Shown here in pieces: positions 14,104 to 22,616 of a stretch of 24,667 nt of DNA. A program made the position numbers and the translations under genes. The notes below the pieces were generated by a model. It was not told the origin of the DNA and made no database searches. It saw nothing but the letters and a program-made list of their open reading frames with translations. Every line of letters starts with the position of its first letter. Positions within the stretch are counted from its first letter, which is position 1. This DNA is from a virus (taxonomy: Duplodnaviria; Caudoviricetes). The stretch spans positions 1 through 24,667 of IMG/VR virus record IMGVR_UViG_3300033518_000364, one strand, 5' to 3'.

Positions 14104-16230
14104 TTAGTCGCGAGTAAACGTCCAGCTGTCGTCATCGCTCGTGGCGAAGTAGTAGCCCGTTGCCGGGGTGGCGTCAATGGTCACGGAGGCGCCCGAGGCG
14201 ATTGCAGCGTAAGGCGAGCCAGCTGCGTTCACGACGGTTGCGCCGTTCTTGTAGACGACACCGGTCTGGTCGACAATCGTCAGAACACCGGTGGTGGTGT
14301 TGAACGAAGGCTCGTTAGGAGCAACCAGAACGTCGGTGCTAGCAACAGCCTTGACGACGATTGCAGACTTCAGCTTGGTAAGAGCACCCGACAAACGAGT
14401 CTCAATCAGATACTTGTTCTTGTTATAGTCGATGTCGAAGTCATCAAACATGGCAATGTTGCCACCCTTGTCTGCGCCGAAACGATAGTCAACGGGGTTG
14501 ACCATGATAAGAACGGTGGTGGGATCGGACTCCATGACTTCACAAGGAACGATTCTGGAAACGCGAAGTTCGAGCGCAAGCTCTTCCAGATTCTTGTAAA
14601 GGCGGTGGCCAAGAGTATCACGGAGAACAAGGAACTTAGCAATCCACGTCTCGGACATGAATGCCATCGGAGAGCCACTACCCTTGTACTTACCACGGTT
14701 GGCAATTACCGCGTCAACAACCTCGGTCATCGAAGAAAGAGCGTCAGTGACGTTGACGTTTACAACGGTGGTGTAAAGCTCGTGGTCGGTGGCGATCGGG
14801 CGAATGTTCTGATCGTTGATCTTGTCTTCGCTCGAAATATCGCGACCATCACCAAGAAGAGCTGCCCGAGCAACTTCCTCGTCGAGCATGATACGCATTT
14901 CCGACTTCAACCAAATAACAACGTCGAAATCGGTAATATCAATCATGTCGTCACGATCAAGAGCCTGCTTCTTATAGACGGTCGTGGGGGTGGTAATACG
15001 ACGAACAATCGGGAAGAACTCTTCCTTCTTGAACGCACCCTTGATATAACCCTTTGCGCGAGCATCATCTTCTGTAATGTCAGCAGAGAAAGTCTTGATT
15101 CGACTAATCGGAGACTTGGTCGCGGCCGACAGGAAAACATCAACCCACTCGGTGCGGCGCTTCAGCCACTCGGGGTTACCGCTGACATTTACCGCGTCGG
15201 GGAACATCAGGTCGATGTTGTCGATACCGTGCGCGAGAGTCTCGGTGTGCTTCTCAAACGTCTCTTTGAGTGAAGCACCACGGGTCTTTGCTTCGGTGAG
15301 AATTGCATTCAGATCGCTGTGCGACAGAACGTGCTTGTCGGCGTCCTTGTTGTCGGATTCAAAAACATTGTGCTTCATTTCGGTTCCTTCCAATTCATTG
15401 TTGTTCAGATTGTCTTGCTGGAGACTGGCCTCGGAAAGGGCAGTCTGAATCATATAGTGGACAAGGTCCAGTTGTTTCTTGTTGAATGTCTCATAAATGT
15501 CTTGCAGGGTTGCATCCGGACCCAAATCTGCATGTCCAAGATTATTGTTCTTCAATCCCGCCTTTTCAAGGGCAAGACCCGTCATGAAGTTCACAACGTT
15601 TTTTTGATCTTCCGTAAAAGAGTGATAAACGGTTTTTGCTTCATCCGACAAAGAATCTTCCGTTTCCTCGGTTTCATCCGTAGAATCTTCCGTTTCCTCG
15701 GTTTCATCCGTAGAATCTTCCGTTTCCTCGGTTTCATCCGCAGAATCTTCCGTTTCCTCGGACTGATTTCCGTGAATAATGAATTCACCAGAACGAATAA
15801 TAGCTTCATCGTCCAGAGTGTATTCGTCGCCATCGCCGTGGGCAATGGTCACGTTTTCGATTCTTGCCTCTGGATTAGCTCCAGAAAGAACCAAACTTAC
15901 CTCTCGAATAGCGCCATGAAAGACCTTCTTCGATCGTTGAATCAGTTCATTTGCCCAAATAGACAACTGAGTGATGTCGCCGTGTTGAACTTGAGTCTTG
16001 GCCAGCTGGGCTTTTGGAGTATCATTGAAGAAAGCGTATGCATATACACCGTCTTTTCTGTTTTCCAAAATTGCATGACCAAGAACATTAGTGGGATCGT
16101 TGTGATCGTGTTGCCAAACAAGTGGAACTCGCATCTGGTGCTGTTCTTTGAATGCGTCCGGCAAGATCACTCTACCGTCACTACACTGAACGTTAGCTTT
16201 AGTGGCGTAACCGCTAAAATCTTCTTTCAT
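14104..16230 (-). CDS. Prohead protease - scaffold - major capsid fusion protein (708 aa)
   Basis: N-terminal HK97-type protease (FSGYAT, PLVWQH, EVSLV..GANP.A.I), acidic linker, HK97-like capsid domain (LDEEVARAALLGDGR, YLIETRLSGAL), C-terminal beta-rich domain; follows portal. Confidence 0.93.
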   Translation of the reverse strand: MKEDFSGYATKANVQCSDGRVILPDAFKEQHQMRVPLVWQHDHNDPTNVLGHAILENRKDGVYAYAFFNDTPKAQLAKTQVQHGDITQLSIWANELIQRSKKVFHGAIREVSLVLSGANPEARIENVTIAHGDGDEYTLDDEAIIRSGEFIIHGNQSEETEDSADETEETEDSTDETEETEDSTDETEETEDSLSDEAKTVYHSFTEDQKNVVNFMTGLALEKAGLKNNNLGHADLGPDATLQDIYETFNKKQLDLVHYMIQTALSEASLQQDNLNNNELEGTEMKHNVFESDNKDADKHVLSHSDLNAILTEAKTRGASLKETFEKHTETLAHGIDNIDLMFPDAVNVSGNPEWLKRRTEWVDVFLSAATKSPISRIKTFSADITEDDARAKGYIKGAFKKEEFFPIVRRITTPTTVYKKQALDRDDMIDITDFDVVIWLKSEMRIMLDEEVARAALLGDGRDISSEDKINDQNIRPIATDHELYTTVVNVNVTDALSSMTEVVDAVIANRGKYKGSGSPMAFMSETWIAKFLVLRDTLGHRLYKNLEELALELRVSRIVPCEVMESDPTTVLIMVNPVDYRFGADKGGNIAMFDDFDIDYNKNKYLIETRLSGALTKLKSAIVVKAVASTDVLVAPNEPSFNTTTGVLTIVDQTGVVYKNGATVVNAAGSPYAAIASGASVTIDATPATGYYFATSDDDSWTFTRD
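15652..15761 (-). repeat. 30-bp tandem repeat, about 3.7 copies, encoding EETEDS(T/A)DET
   Basis: AGAATCTTCCGTTTCCTCGGTTTCATCCG(T/C) repeated almost perfectly. Confidence 0.97.
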
Positions 16231-16251
16231 TTTGACATTCCTTTCGAAGTA

Positions 16252-17520
16252 CTAAGATGACTCTTCATCTTTCGGTGTTTCCTCATCTTTCGGTTGATTT
16301 CCATCGTTTGATGAAGTTGGTGGCATGTTACTGTTGTTAAGTTGATCTGCCTTTGGATCTTTTGATGGAGGAAGACCAAGGAAACCACGAATCTCATTAG
16401 GAGCTAGGATTTCGTTTCGAGAGAACTTGTCAGCAATGTCAGCAAGAGTAGTTAAAGGAACAAACTTAAACGGATTCTTAAAGTACTGAATCTTCTGTTT
16501 CTTCTTTGTACCATCTGCTCCAATGAAAGCGCGTTGTTCAGCTTGAATGATGGCGTCCAAGATCGGCTCAATGGTTCTGTTATAGTAGTTGAGCATGGTC
16601 TTTTCATCAGCGGTACCATTCATGATCTCTTCTGTAATACCTAATTGACTATACAGGAGAGCAATCAAACGATCGATCTGGGCAAGAAGATTGTTCTCGG
16701 CAGGTCGGTTCAACTGCGTGATCTTTTCTGTACCATCGGTGTACGCAATGCCGTACTGACTACCCTTTAGCTGAAATTCGATGTCTTTGCTTCGTTTTTC
16801 GGCCTGTAGACGACGAGCTTCGGATTTAATCACATATGGAAGCTGAATGATCAAGTCTAGTTTACCAGAACTTGACTGTTCATCGACAACATCTAACAGT
16901 TGCAACTTTCGACTTAATCGTTGTAGAGTAGAAGACGGTTCGTTCATCACTGAATAAAACGGATTTTCAACAATGGCTATTGATCGCTTCTCCAAAACAA
17001 TTTCTTCTCGAAATCCTTTGGTTTCGTTGTAAAGACTGACTCGAACGTGTTTTGGATACCAATTCACGATCTCGCCGACTCGAAGCGTAAAGATGTCAAC
17101 TAGCGTTCCGTCTTCATCACTAATTTCTTTATCCACAGGAACAATGGCCGCTACACCTTTGTCAATCATAGTTGCAACAATGTCCTGCTGGAAAGCCCGT
17201 GGTGCTTGATCGAGGTTTGCCTCTAAGGTGAAACAATCCGTTAACCCACTAACAACGTCTTCTTTGTATCTATTAAGCGCATCTAACTTTGTGTTTCTGA
17301 TTTCAATACCAGCCGCATCAATTGCAATACGATTATAGATCGAACTAATAATGGTTTTGTCGTTGTAATACCTAGTCGTTTGTCTATGGGGAATAGAAGA
17401 ACTGTTCCCCAAGAAACTACCAAAACCCAAAGACGGTGAACCGTTGTTTACATTTGTGGTGAGTTGTGTGCCAGAACGAAAAGCGTTCCAGGCTCGTGTC
17501 ATTCGGTTTTTAATCGCCAA
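16252..17520 (-). CDS. Portal protein
   Basis: ~420 aa between terminase and protease/capsid; IYNRIAID, GKLDLIIQLPY, NEI..PNEIR..LG motifs; GGAGGTG RBS favours TTG 17520 (alternatives GTG 17529, ATG 17502). Confidence 0.93.
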   Translation of the reverse strand: MAIKNRMTRAWNAFRSGTQLTTNVNNGSPSLGFGSFLGNSSSIPHRQTTRYYNDKTIISSIYNRIAIDAAGIEIRNTKLDALNRYKEDVVSGLTDCFTLEANLDQAPRAFQQDIVATMIDKGVAAIVPVDKEISDEDGTLVDIFTLRVGEIVNWYPKHVRVSLYNETKGFREEIVLEKRSIAIVENPFYSVMNEPSSTLQRLSRKLQLLDVVDEQSSSGKLDLIIQLPYVIKSEARRLQAEKRSKDIEFQLKGSQYGIAYTDGTEKITQLNRPAENNLLAQIDRLIALLYSQLGITEEIMNGTADEKTMLNYYNRTIEPILDAIIQAEQRAFIGADGTKKKQKIQYFKNPFKFVPLTTLADIADKFSRNEILAPNEIRGFLGLPPSKDPKADQLNNSNMPPTSSNDGNQPKDEETPKDEESS

Positions 17521-17553
17521 ACTAATCACCTCCTTTCTTAGACATAGTCAACT

Positions 17554-17715
17554 CTAATCGGTGTTAGAGTCAGACAAACTAAACAAGGAGTTAATGAGTT
17601 CTTTACCCTGTTGTGTTTGTGGAGCTTTTTCGATTGAATCTGGCTTTTTCAATTTGGCAAGCTGAGCTTCGTATCCATGATGTTTGAGGAATTCGACGTC
17701 CTCCGGATGTACCAT
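17554..17715 (-). CDS. 53-aa small protein MVHPEDVEFLKHHGYEAQLAKLKK... (absent from ORF track)
   Basis: AAGGAG RBS, ATG 17715, TAG 17554-17556; fills the terminase-portal gap; carries an FLKHHG motif. Confidence 0.7.
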   Translation of the reverse strand: MVHPEDVEFLKHHGYEAQLAKLKKPDSIEKAPQTQQGKELINSLFSLSDSNTD

Positions 17716-17733
17716 GTAAATCTCCTTTTTGGA

Positions 17734-19494
17734 CTACTCAAACGAGTCTTTGTTTGCTTTATAGGCAACGTAAGCATCTAACAAAGCAGATACGTTGTCA
17801 ATCTTATCTTCTTTTCTTTTCTTTAACAGTTTCCTGTTACCATTAGTGTCTTCTAACGTAATGGCGTTGCCCATAGCAAAAGACATCAAATCTTGATCAA
17901 ATATGAGTTGTCTTATCTCACTAAGAAGTTTCAATTCACCCAGAGGAACTGATTCTGTTCTTGCTCCTTGAATAACCTTCTCGATTCCGAAAGGACCGTT
18001 CTCTGATTCCCATCTACTCACAAATTCTTTTGCGTTGTAGGGATCGAAACCAAAAGCACGAACATCGTATTCGGATCTTTCAATAAACATGTCTAGATCG
18101 TCATAGACTTCCATCATGTCAAGAACGGTGCCATCAAGAATATGAAGACTTCCCTCAAGAACAAACGTCTCATACTTTGCTCGCATGGCGGCAGGCAACC
18201 TAAGTTGTGTTAGCGAAGAAATATAACTTCGAGTCTTGACCCCAAACGATCCGTTGCCCATGGGAAACAAGAATGTGAAAGCACAGAAGTCATCTCCCTG
18301 AGAGAGATCGGCACCAAGAGCACAAGGCATTCGCCAGAACTCTCGCTCTGGGTGCGGAATCGTTTCTTCGTAGGTGAAGAAGTAAGTGTAACCCTCCATG
18401 GGGATACCAAACCTTTTAGCCAAAATATCGTTTCTAGCCGCAGGAGCTTTTTCGGCTCTTTCTACGTCTAATTGATACACCTCATAAGTCACAGTTTGAC
18501 CTATGTTCGGGTTTGCTTTCAACCACATGGCTGGGTTGTTTACTTCTTCGACGTCATCCAGCTTGTAGTGCCAGATCGAAATATGCGGTGCTTGATACTC
18601 TCCACGGAGAATACTAGCAAGCTCCATCTTAATGGTGTCTCCAGATCCATTTCGAACTGTACCCTCAGAGCTGATGGCTACAATCAAGTAGTCATCAAGT
18701 TTAGAGGCGCCCTGTTCGATGGCACCAACAACGTCTTCACGAATATCGCCAGACAACCATTCGTCAACCGTTGAAACCTTAGGTCGAAGACCCTGAAGTT
18801 TGTTGATTGACATCGGGCGAACCTCAAGAAGAGATCCAGTCAAGATGTTCTCGATACCCTTTTTGGTCGAAGCAAGTTTAACGCGTTCAGCTCTGGAGCC
18901 GGTTGTGTTTTGTAGCGATCCTTCGGTTAGGAACTTGAAGAGTGGGCCGCGAGCACGAATAATGGCAGTGCGGAAAGGAGACATCACTTCATCGGCTTGC
19001 TTCATTGTTGGCGCGGTGGTAATCTGGTGCGTCGTTGCTGTATCCACATTCAAGAAATAACTTTGAATCAGCATTGCATACATTGACTTAGCCGCGCCTC
19101 GAGCGACGATCAAATACTGTTTTGTTACTAATCGCTTCTTGATCAGTTTCTTTACGTACTGACCGCCAGAAGTTGGTTCTCCGTCGGCCGTTTTATTGGG
19201 TCGATAGACGCTTCTTTCAACGAAATAATACCAACCAAAGATCTGTTCTGCCCAGACTTTGAATGAATCAAGTAGGTGTAAATCACTACCATCAGTCAGA
19301 GTCAATTCGTTTTCACAGTAAGCAATAAACCCGTCGATAGCTTTGTCGTCGTAATAGATGTTGGGATTAGCAATTAAGTCATCTATTCGGTTCATTTCCA
19401 TGGAGATTTCTCGGTTTACGGGAATCTCTCCATGTAGTACTTGTTGACGAAAAGTAAAATAGTATCTTGGGGTTGCGGTGTTAGATAAAGCCAT
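17734..19494 (-). CDS. terL: Terminase large subunit
   Basis: Walker A ARGAAKS, Walker B STVDEW, nuclease GADLS and KIDNVSA motifs; 586 aa upstream of portal. Confidence 0.97.
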   Translation of the reverse strand: MALSNTATPRYYFTFRQQVLHGEIPVNREISMEMNRIDDLIANPNIYYDDKAIDGFIAYCENELTLTDGSDLHLLDSFKVWAEQIFGWYYFVERSVYRPNKTADGEPTSGGQYVKKLIKKRLVTKQYLIVARGAAKSMYAMLIQSYFLNVDTATTHQITTAPTMKQADEVMSPFRTAIIRARGPLFKFLTEGSLQNTTGSRAERVKLASTKKGIENILTGSLLEVRPMSINKLQGLRPKVSTVDEWLSGDIREDVVGAIEQGASKLDDYLIVAISSEGTVRNGSGDTIKMELASILRGEYQAPHISIWHYKLDDVEEVNNPAMWLKANPNIGQTVTYEVYQLDVERAEKAPAARNDILAKRFGIPMEGYTYFFTYEETIPHPEREFWRMPCALGADLSQGDDFCAFTFLFPMGNGSFGVKTRSYISSLTQLRLPAAMRAKYETFVLEGSLHILDGTVLDMMEVYDDLDMFIERSEYDVRAFGFDPYNAKEFVSRWESENGPFGIEKVIQGARTESVPLGELKLLSEIRQLIFDQDLMSFAMGNAITLEDTNGNRKLLKKRKEDKIDNVSALLDAYVAYKANKDSFE

Positions 19495-19514
19495 CGTTAA
19501 CCCCTTTCTCTATT

Positions 19515-20036
19515 TTATGGAACGTTTGGTGGCGTCCAGTTTTTTGGTGGCGTCCAGTTTTTTGGTTTGGGTATTGGTTTTGGCGGGTTTTGTTTCGGAA
19601 GAGGTTTACCGATCAAACCTTTTTTAGCCAAAGGCGCACTTAAGGCTTGGGTAACAATGGCGGTTGCCAACGCTGTTCCAACACCAACCAAAACTTTTTC
19701 GGCAATCTTTTTACCGGTGCTTGGAGGTTTTTCCATCATCTTAGCATACTTTTGTTCAAGCTCAATGCGCTTAACGAGGTCGCCAAGTTCTTTGTCATCA
19801 AGATTTTTGGTGGCCTTATTTTTGATCGGAGACTTCACTTCTTTCTTAGCGGTTTTTCCGCCAGAAGAACCGCTGTCTCCAGAATCAGATCCTCCACCTC
19901 GATCTTTTCGAACGCCCCAACGCATACCTCGAACGCCGAAGTGTTCGATAACATCGTCCAAATATGATTCTGCATCTGGACGCGGTTCGATCTCTTTCTT
20001 ACCAACAATAGACTCAATGTCGTCTAAATATGACAT
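19515..20036 (-). CDS. HxGxxGMxWGVR-motif phage protein with basic Pro/Lys-rich tail
   Basis: GGAGG RBS; IEHFGVRGMRWGVRK, LDDKEL...VKRIELEQKY; C-terminal 18-bp duplication (PKNWTP x2). Confidence 0.85.
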   Translation of the reverse strand: MSYLDDIESIVGKKEIEPRPDAESYLDDVIEHFGVRGMRWGVRKDRGGGSDSGDSGSSGGKTAKKEVKSPIKNKATKNLDDKELGDLVKRIELEQKYAKMMEKPPSTGKKIAEKVLVGVGTALATAIVTQALSAPLAKKGLIGKPLPKQNPPKPIPKPKNWTPPKNWTPPNVP

Positions 20037-20048
20037 GTTACCTCCCTT

Positions 20049-20405
20049 CTATCCTTCATCTAACGGAATGTCGTTTTCGATAACAACATTCAAGCGCCAT
20101 TCGGATTCTTTGATTGCCTGGTTTACCGCGTCCACCAAATATCCCGTTGTGGGAGGATCGAACAAGATCCGAGTCTTCAAGTAAACATAAGATTTAATTG
20201 CGTTTAATCTATTGTCTCCATCAAAGAAATCGGTCCAAGTAGCGGTATCGTCTTCGATCATGAAACCATCTGCGGGACCAACACCTAGTTGGTGTAGAGT
20301 CCCAAGGGCGGAGTTAACATGGATGATAACGTCAAAGTCGAACGCGGTGTATTCTTCAGCTAAACCAAGGAGTTTCTTTACTCCTATTAGGATGCTATCT
20401 TCCAT
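20049..20405 (-). CDS. Head-to-tail adaptor
   Basis: AGGAG RBS; SIL..VKKLLG, L.QLGVGP..GF, YVYLK.R..FDPP, E.EWRL motifs. Confidence 0.75.
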   Translation of the reverse strand: MEDSILIGVKKLLGLAEEYTAFDFDVIIHVNSALGTLHQLGVGPADGFMIEDDTATWTDFFDGDNRLNAIKSYVYLKTRILFDPPTTGYLVDAVNQAIKESEWRLNVVIENDIPLDEG

Positions 20406-20417
20406 GTCTAACTCCTT

Positions 20418-21227
20418 TTAAGCAGCTTTCAAAGCGACTTCAATGATACCACGCTGTGTGTGGGCGCCGAGTTTTCCATCGGCTTTAAGGACGGTGCCAT
20501 CACTCAGTTTACCGAAGAATGCCTGGAAATTCCAGACAGCTCTTTCGGTTTGATCACCATAGTGACCATCAAGCAAAAGACCCTGCGCTGCAACATCATT
20601 TAGAAGTCTCTGATAGAATTTAACGTCAGAGCCGACAGAGCCGTTGACGAGGTTACGACTTGTGAATTGCACGGTAATCTCCTTAGTGGTTGGTTGGGTG
20701 TGCGGAACTGGTGGTTGCGGCGGCTGAGGTCTCGGGGGACGAATGAGAATTGGGTAGTCTCGATTTAGATCGTACCTACCTTGAAGAACCCAACTGCGGT
20801 ATCCATCAAGAGGAACCATTTGACCATGCCAAGACTCAGACCCTTTTTCACCAGGCTTCCCAACATTCATATGGAACCCATATGCAATTGCTTGCGCTGT
20901 TCCTTGTGCTGGAACTTCATCCCACCTAGGAGAACGATGAACATGCCCTGGGTTTACAACAACCAAGTCCCAAGCCGCATAAAATAAACCAGAAGGAAAA
21001 GGTTGGTCTTGGTGAAAGCTTTCACCTTCTGGAGCAAACCCTGGTTTGTTTGGCTGAGACCCATGCAGACGGCGGCCACCACCGATTCCAAATTTACCAC
21101 CTTGGTGTTTTAGAAAGTTTTCAAGAACTCTCCAAGCTGCCGGGTGTGCATGTGGTTTGTAAGTTGCTTCTAACACAAACCAAGGAACAAGACGAGTTCC
21201 GTATCCCATCGGGTATAGTGTTTCCAT
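20418..21227 (-). CDS. Endolysin: M15-like Zn peptidase, Pro-rich linker, peptidoglycan-binding domain
   Basis: APEGESFH...AWD...ESWH metal-ligand pattern; GS.GSDV..YQ..LN, DG.YG..T..AV..FQ, ADG.LG..T PG_binding_1 signature. Confidence 0.85.
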   Translation of the reverse strand: METLYPMGYGTRLVPWFVLEATYKPHAHPAAWRVLENFLKHQGGKFGIGGGRRLHGSQPNKPGFAPEGESFHQDQPFPSGLFYAAWDLVVVNPGHVHRSPRWDEVPAQGTAQAIAYGFHMNVGKPGEKGSESWHGQMVPLDGYRSWVLQGRYDLNRDYPILIRPPRPQPPQPPVPHTQPTTKEITVQFTSRNLVNGSVGSDVKFYQRLLNDVAAQGLLLDGHYGDQTERAVWNFQAFFGKLSDGTVLKADGKLGAHTQRGIIEVALKAA

Positions 21228-21236
21228 ATTAACTCC

Positions 21237-21836
21237 TCATTGTGTGGTGTAGGGAATAAGTACTTGCACTTGTAGCTCGAACCAACCATAAAACGCTGCT
21301 GTGTCAGCAGCCTCCCTGGACCAGGACAGCTCGAAGGCCGCCGGGCGTGATAAAAACACAATTTGCTCCAATTGGGCGCCATTACCGGGGTCGGTACCAA
21401 TCACCGGAGCATACGTGAATAAAAGGAGCGGTTCATACTCTTGGGTAGCACCACCCTCTTGTGAAAAGGTAAGGTGTCCTCTCAACGGCCGCGTTTCTGT
21501 AAGCGAGGATTCGGGGATATTGAATCGAACCAATCCGGCCGGGATCACAAGTTTATAAACACCGGGATCAACTATTGGCTCGTACTCTTGCCAAAATCCA
21601 CCGGGATCGTAACCAAACTCGGACGGATCAAGATTGATGAATCCGTCAGTATCGTTAGGTAACGCATCAAAATATACGGAAAGATACAGTAGTGGTCCTG
21701 GAGTGATACCCCCGGCACCACCCAAAACAATGGATTCACCGGTCTTATTAAAAAGAGAAACGTTTGTTACCAAACGGTTTTTATTAATTTCTTGTTGTTC
21801 TAAAACAACAAATTGCGATGTGTCTTGGTTTTGCAT
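21237..21836 (-). CDS. Putative head fibre / decoration protein (199 aa)
   Basis: AAGGA before ATG 21836; short N-terminal module, GGAGG hinge, beta-rich C-terminal domain; function inferred from position. Confidence 0.5.
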   Translation of the reverse strand: MQNQDTSQFVVLEQQEINKNRLVTNVSLFNKTGESIVLGGAGGITPGPLLYLSVYFDALPNDTDGFINLDPSEFGYDPGGFWQEYEPIVDPGVYKLVIPAGLVRFNIPESSLTETRPLRGHLTFSQEGGATQEYEPLLLFTYAPVIGTDPGNGAQLEQIVFLSRPAAFELSWSREAADTAAFYGWFELQVQVLIPYTTQ

Positions 21837-21856
21837 TTTATTTTCCTTAGGAATTG

Positions 21857-22270
21857 TTACCAAAGTCTTGTGTCGCCGGGTTTACGACTAACGAAGGGTT
21901 TTGGGAGTAACGACGCATCACCATAATGTATAGCGTTATGAGTTTTATGCGTAGTTGTGATTAGGTATTCTGGGTTAAGAACCCATTCTTCCCCATGTAA
22001 AATATCATCACTACACATAGGATTCATGTGATGAACCAACAACTGTCTGTGAATTTCGAACCCAGGAACTCCTAGATCGCATCCGTTATCTCTAAGTATT
22101 ACTTGTTGTCGAATACGTTTCCATTCGGATGATGTATAAAATTCTTGGTTAATGTAACGATCAAAGCCAAAAGTTTCATACCCTACCGAACCACCAAGTC
22201 TTAGATATTCGTATCTGTGTTCGAACTTGGCTAGGCGACTAAGCTCGCTGTAGGTTTTTAATCTAGTCAT
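21857..22270 (-). CDS. HNH endonuclease (terminase-associated)
   Basis: FY.S.EWKR.R..VI.RDNGCDLG, VHHMNP, THNAIH; adjacent to small terminase. Confidence 0.9.
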   Translation of the reverse strand: MTRLKTYSELSRLAKFEHRYEYLRLGGSVGYETFGFDRYINQEFYTSSEWKRIRQQVILRDNGCDLGVPGFEIHRQLLVHHMNPMCSDDILHGEEWVLNPEYLITTTHKTHNAIHYGDASLLPKPFVSRKPGDTRLW

Positions 22271-22595
22271 CAAAATCTGCCAGTTCTTGGCCAGCGTAAG
22301 TTCGCATAGCGTTAAGCGCTTGACTGTAGAGTTCTTCGATTCGTTTCTGTGAATCCATAGCAGCGATCTTTGCTGAGATCAATTGGTTCTCACCACGAAG
22401 CCTTTCTTGTTCGAGAGCTTCGCGCTGCGTTCCATGTTTAAGGTAGTGAGCAATAACTTGGGCGGAGGCAGTTCCGTTTCGAAGCTGTTTTTCAGCAAGA
22501 GACTGCGCCAAACTAACCAGTTGCGCTTCTCGGTTCTCGGGCGTCGTTGCTGGACGACGACCTCTTGATTGTTTTTTCTCTTCTTTCTCACGCAT
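22263..22595 (-). CDS. terS: Putative terminase small subunit
   Basis: PATTPENREAQLVSLA..LAEKQLR.GTASAQVI.HYLK, ELY..AL.AMR.YAG motifs; helical; upstream of HNH. Confidence 0.7.
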   Translation of the reverse strand: MREKEEKKQSRGRRPATTPENREAQLVSLAQSLAEKQLRNGTASAQVIAHYLKHGTQREALEQERLRGENQLISAKIAAMDSQKRIEELYSQALNAMRTYAGQELADFDD

Positions 22596-22616
22596 GAGAC
22601 TTCCGTTTCTCGCTGA

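Noticed and set aside
15652-15761. 30-bp repeats as a mini CRISPR array
   Set aside because: Head-to-tail with no spacers and in frame within a gene
14083-16260. Long antisense ORFs of 396 and 313 aa opposite the capsid fusion
   Set aside because: Codon-aligned antisense frames expected from codon bias of a highly expressed gene; no domain-like features
17551-17570. ACTCTAA/TTAGAGT hairpin before the portal gene
   Set aside because: Only 7 bp, AT-rich, no U tract; too weak to call
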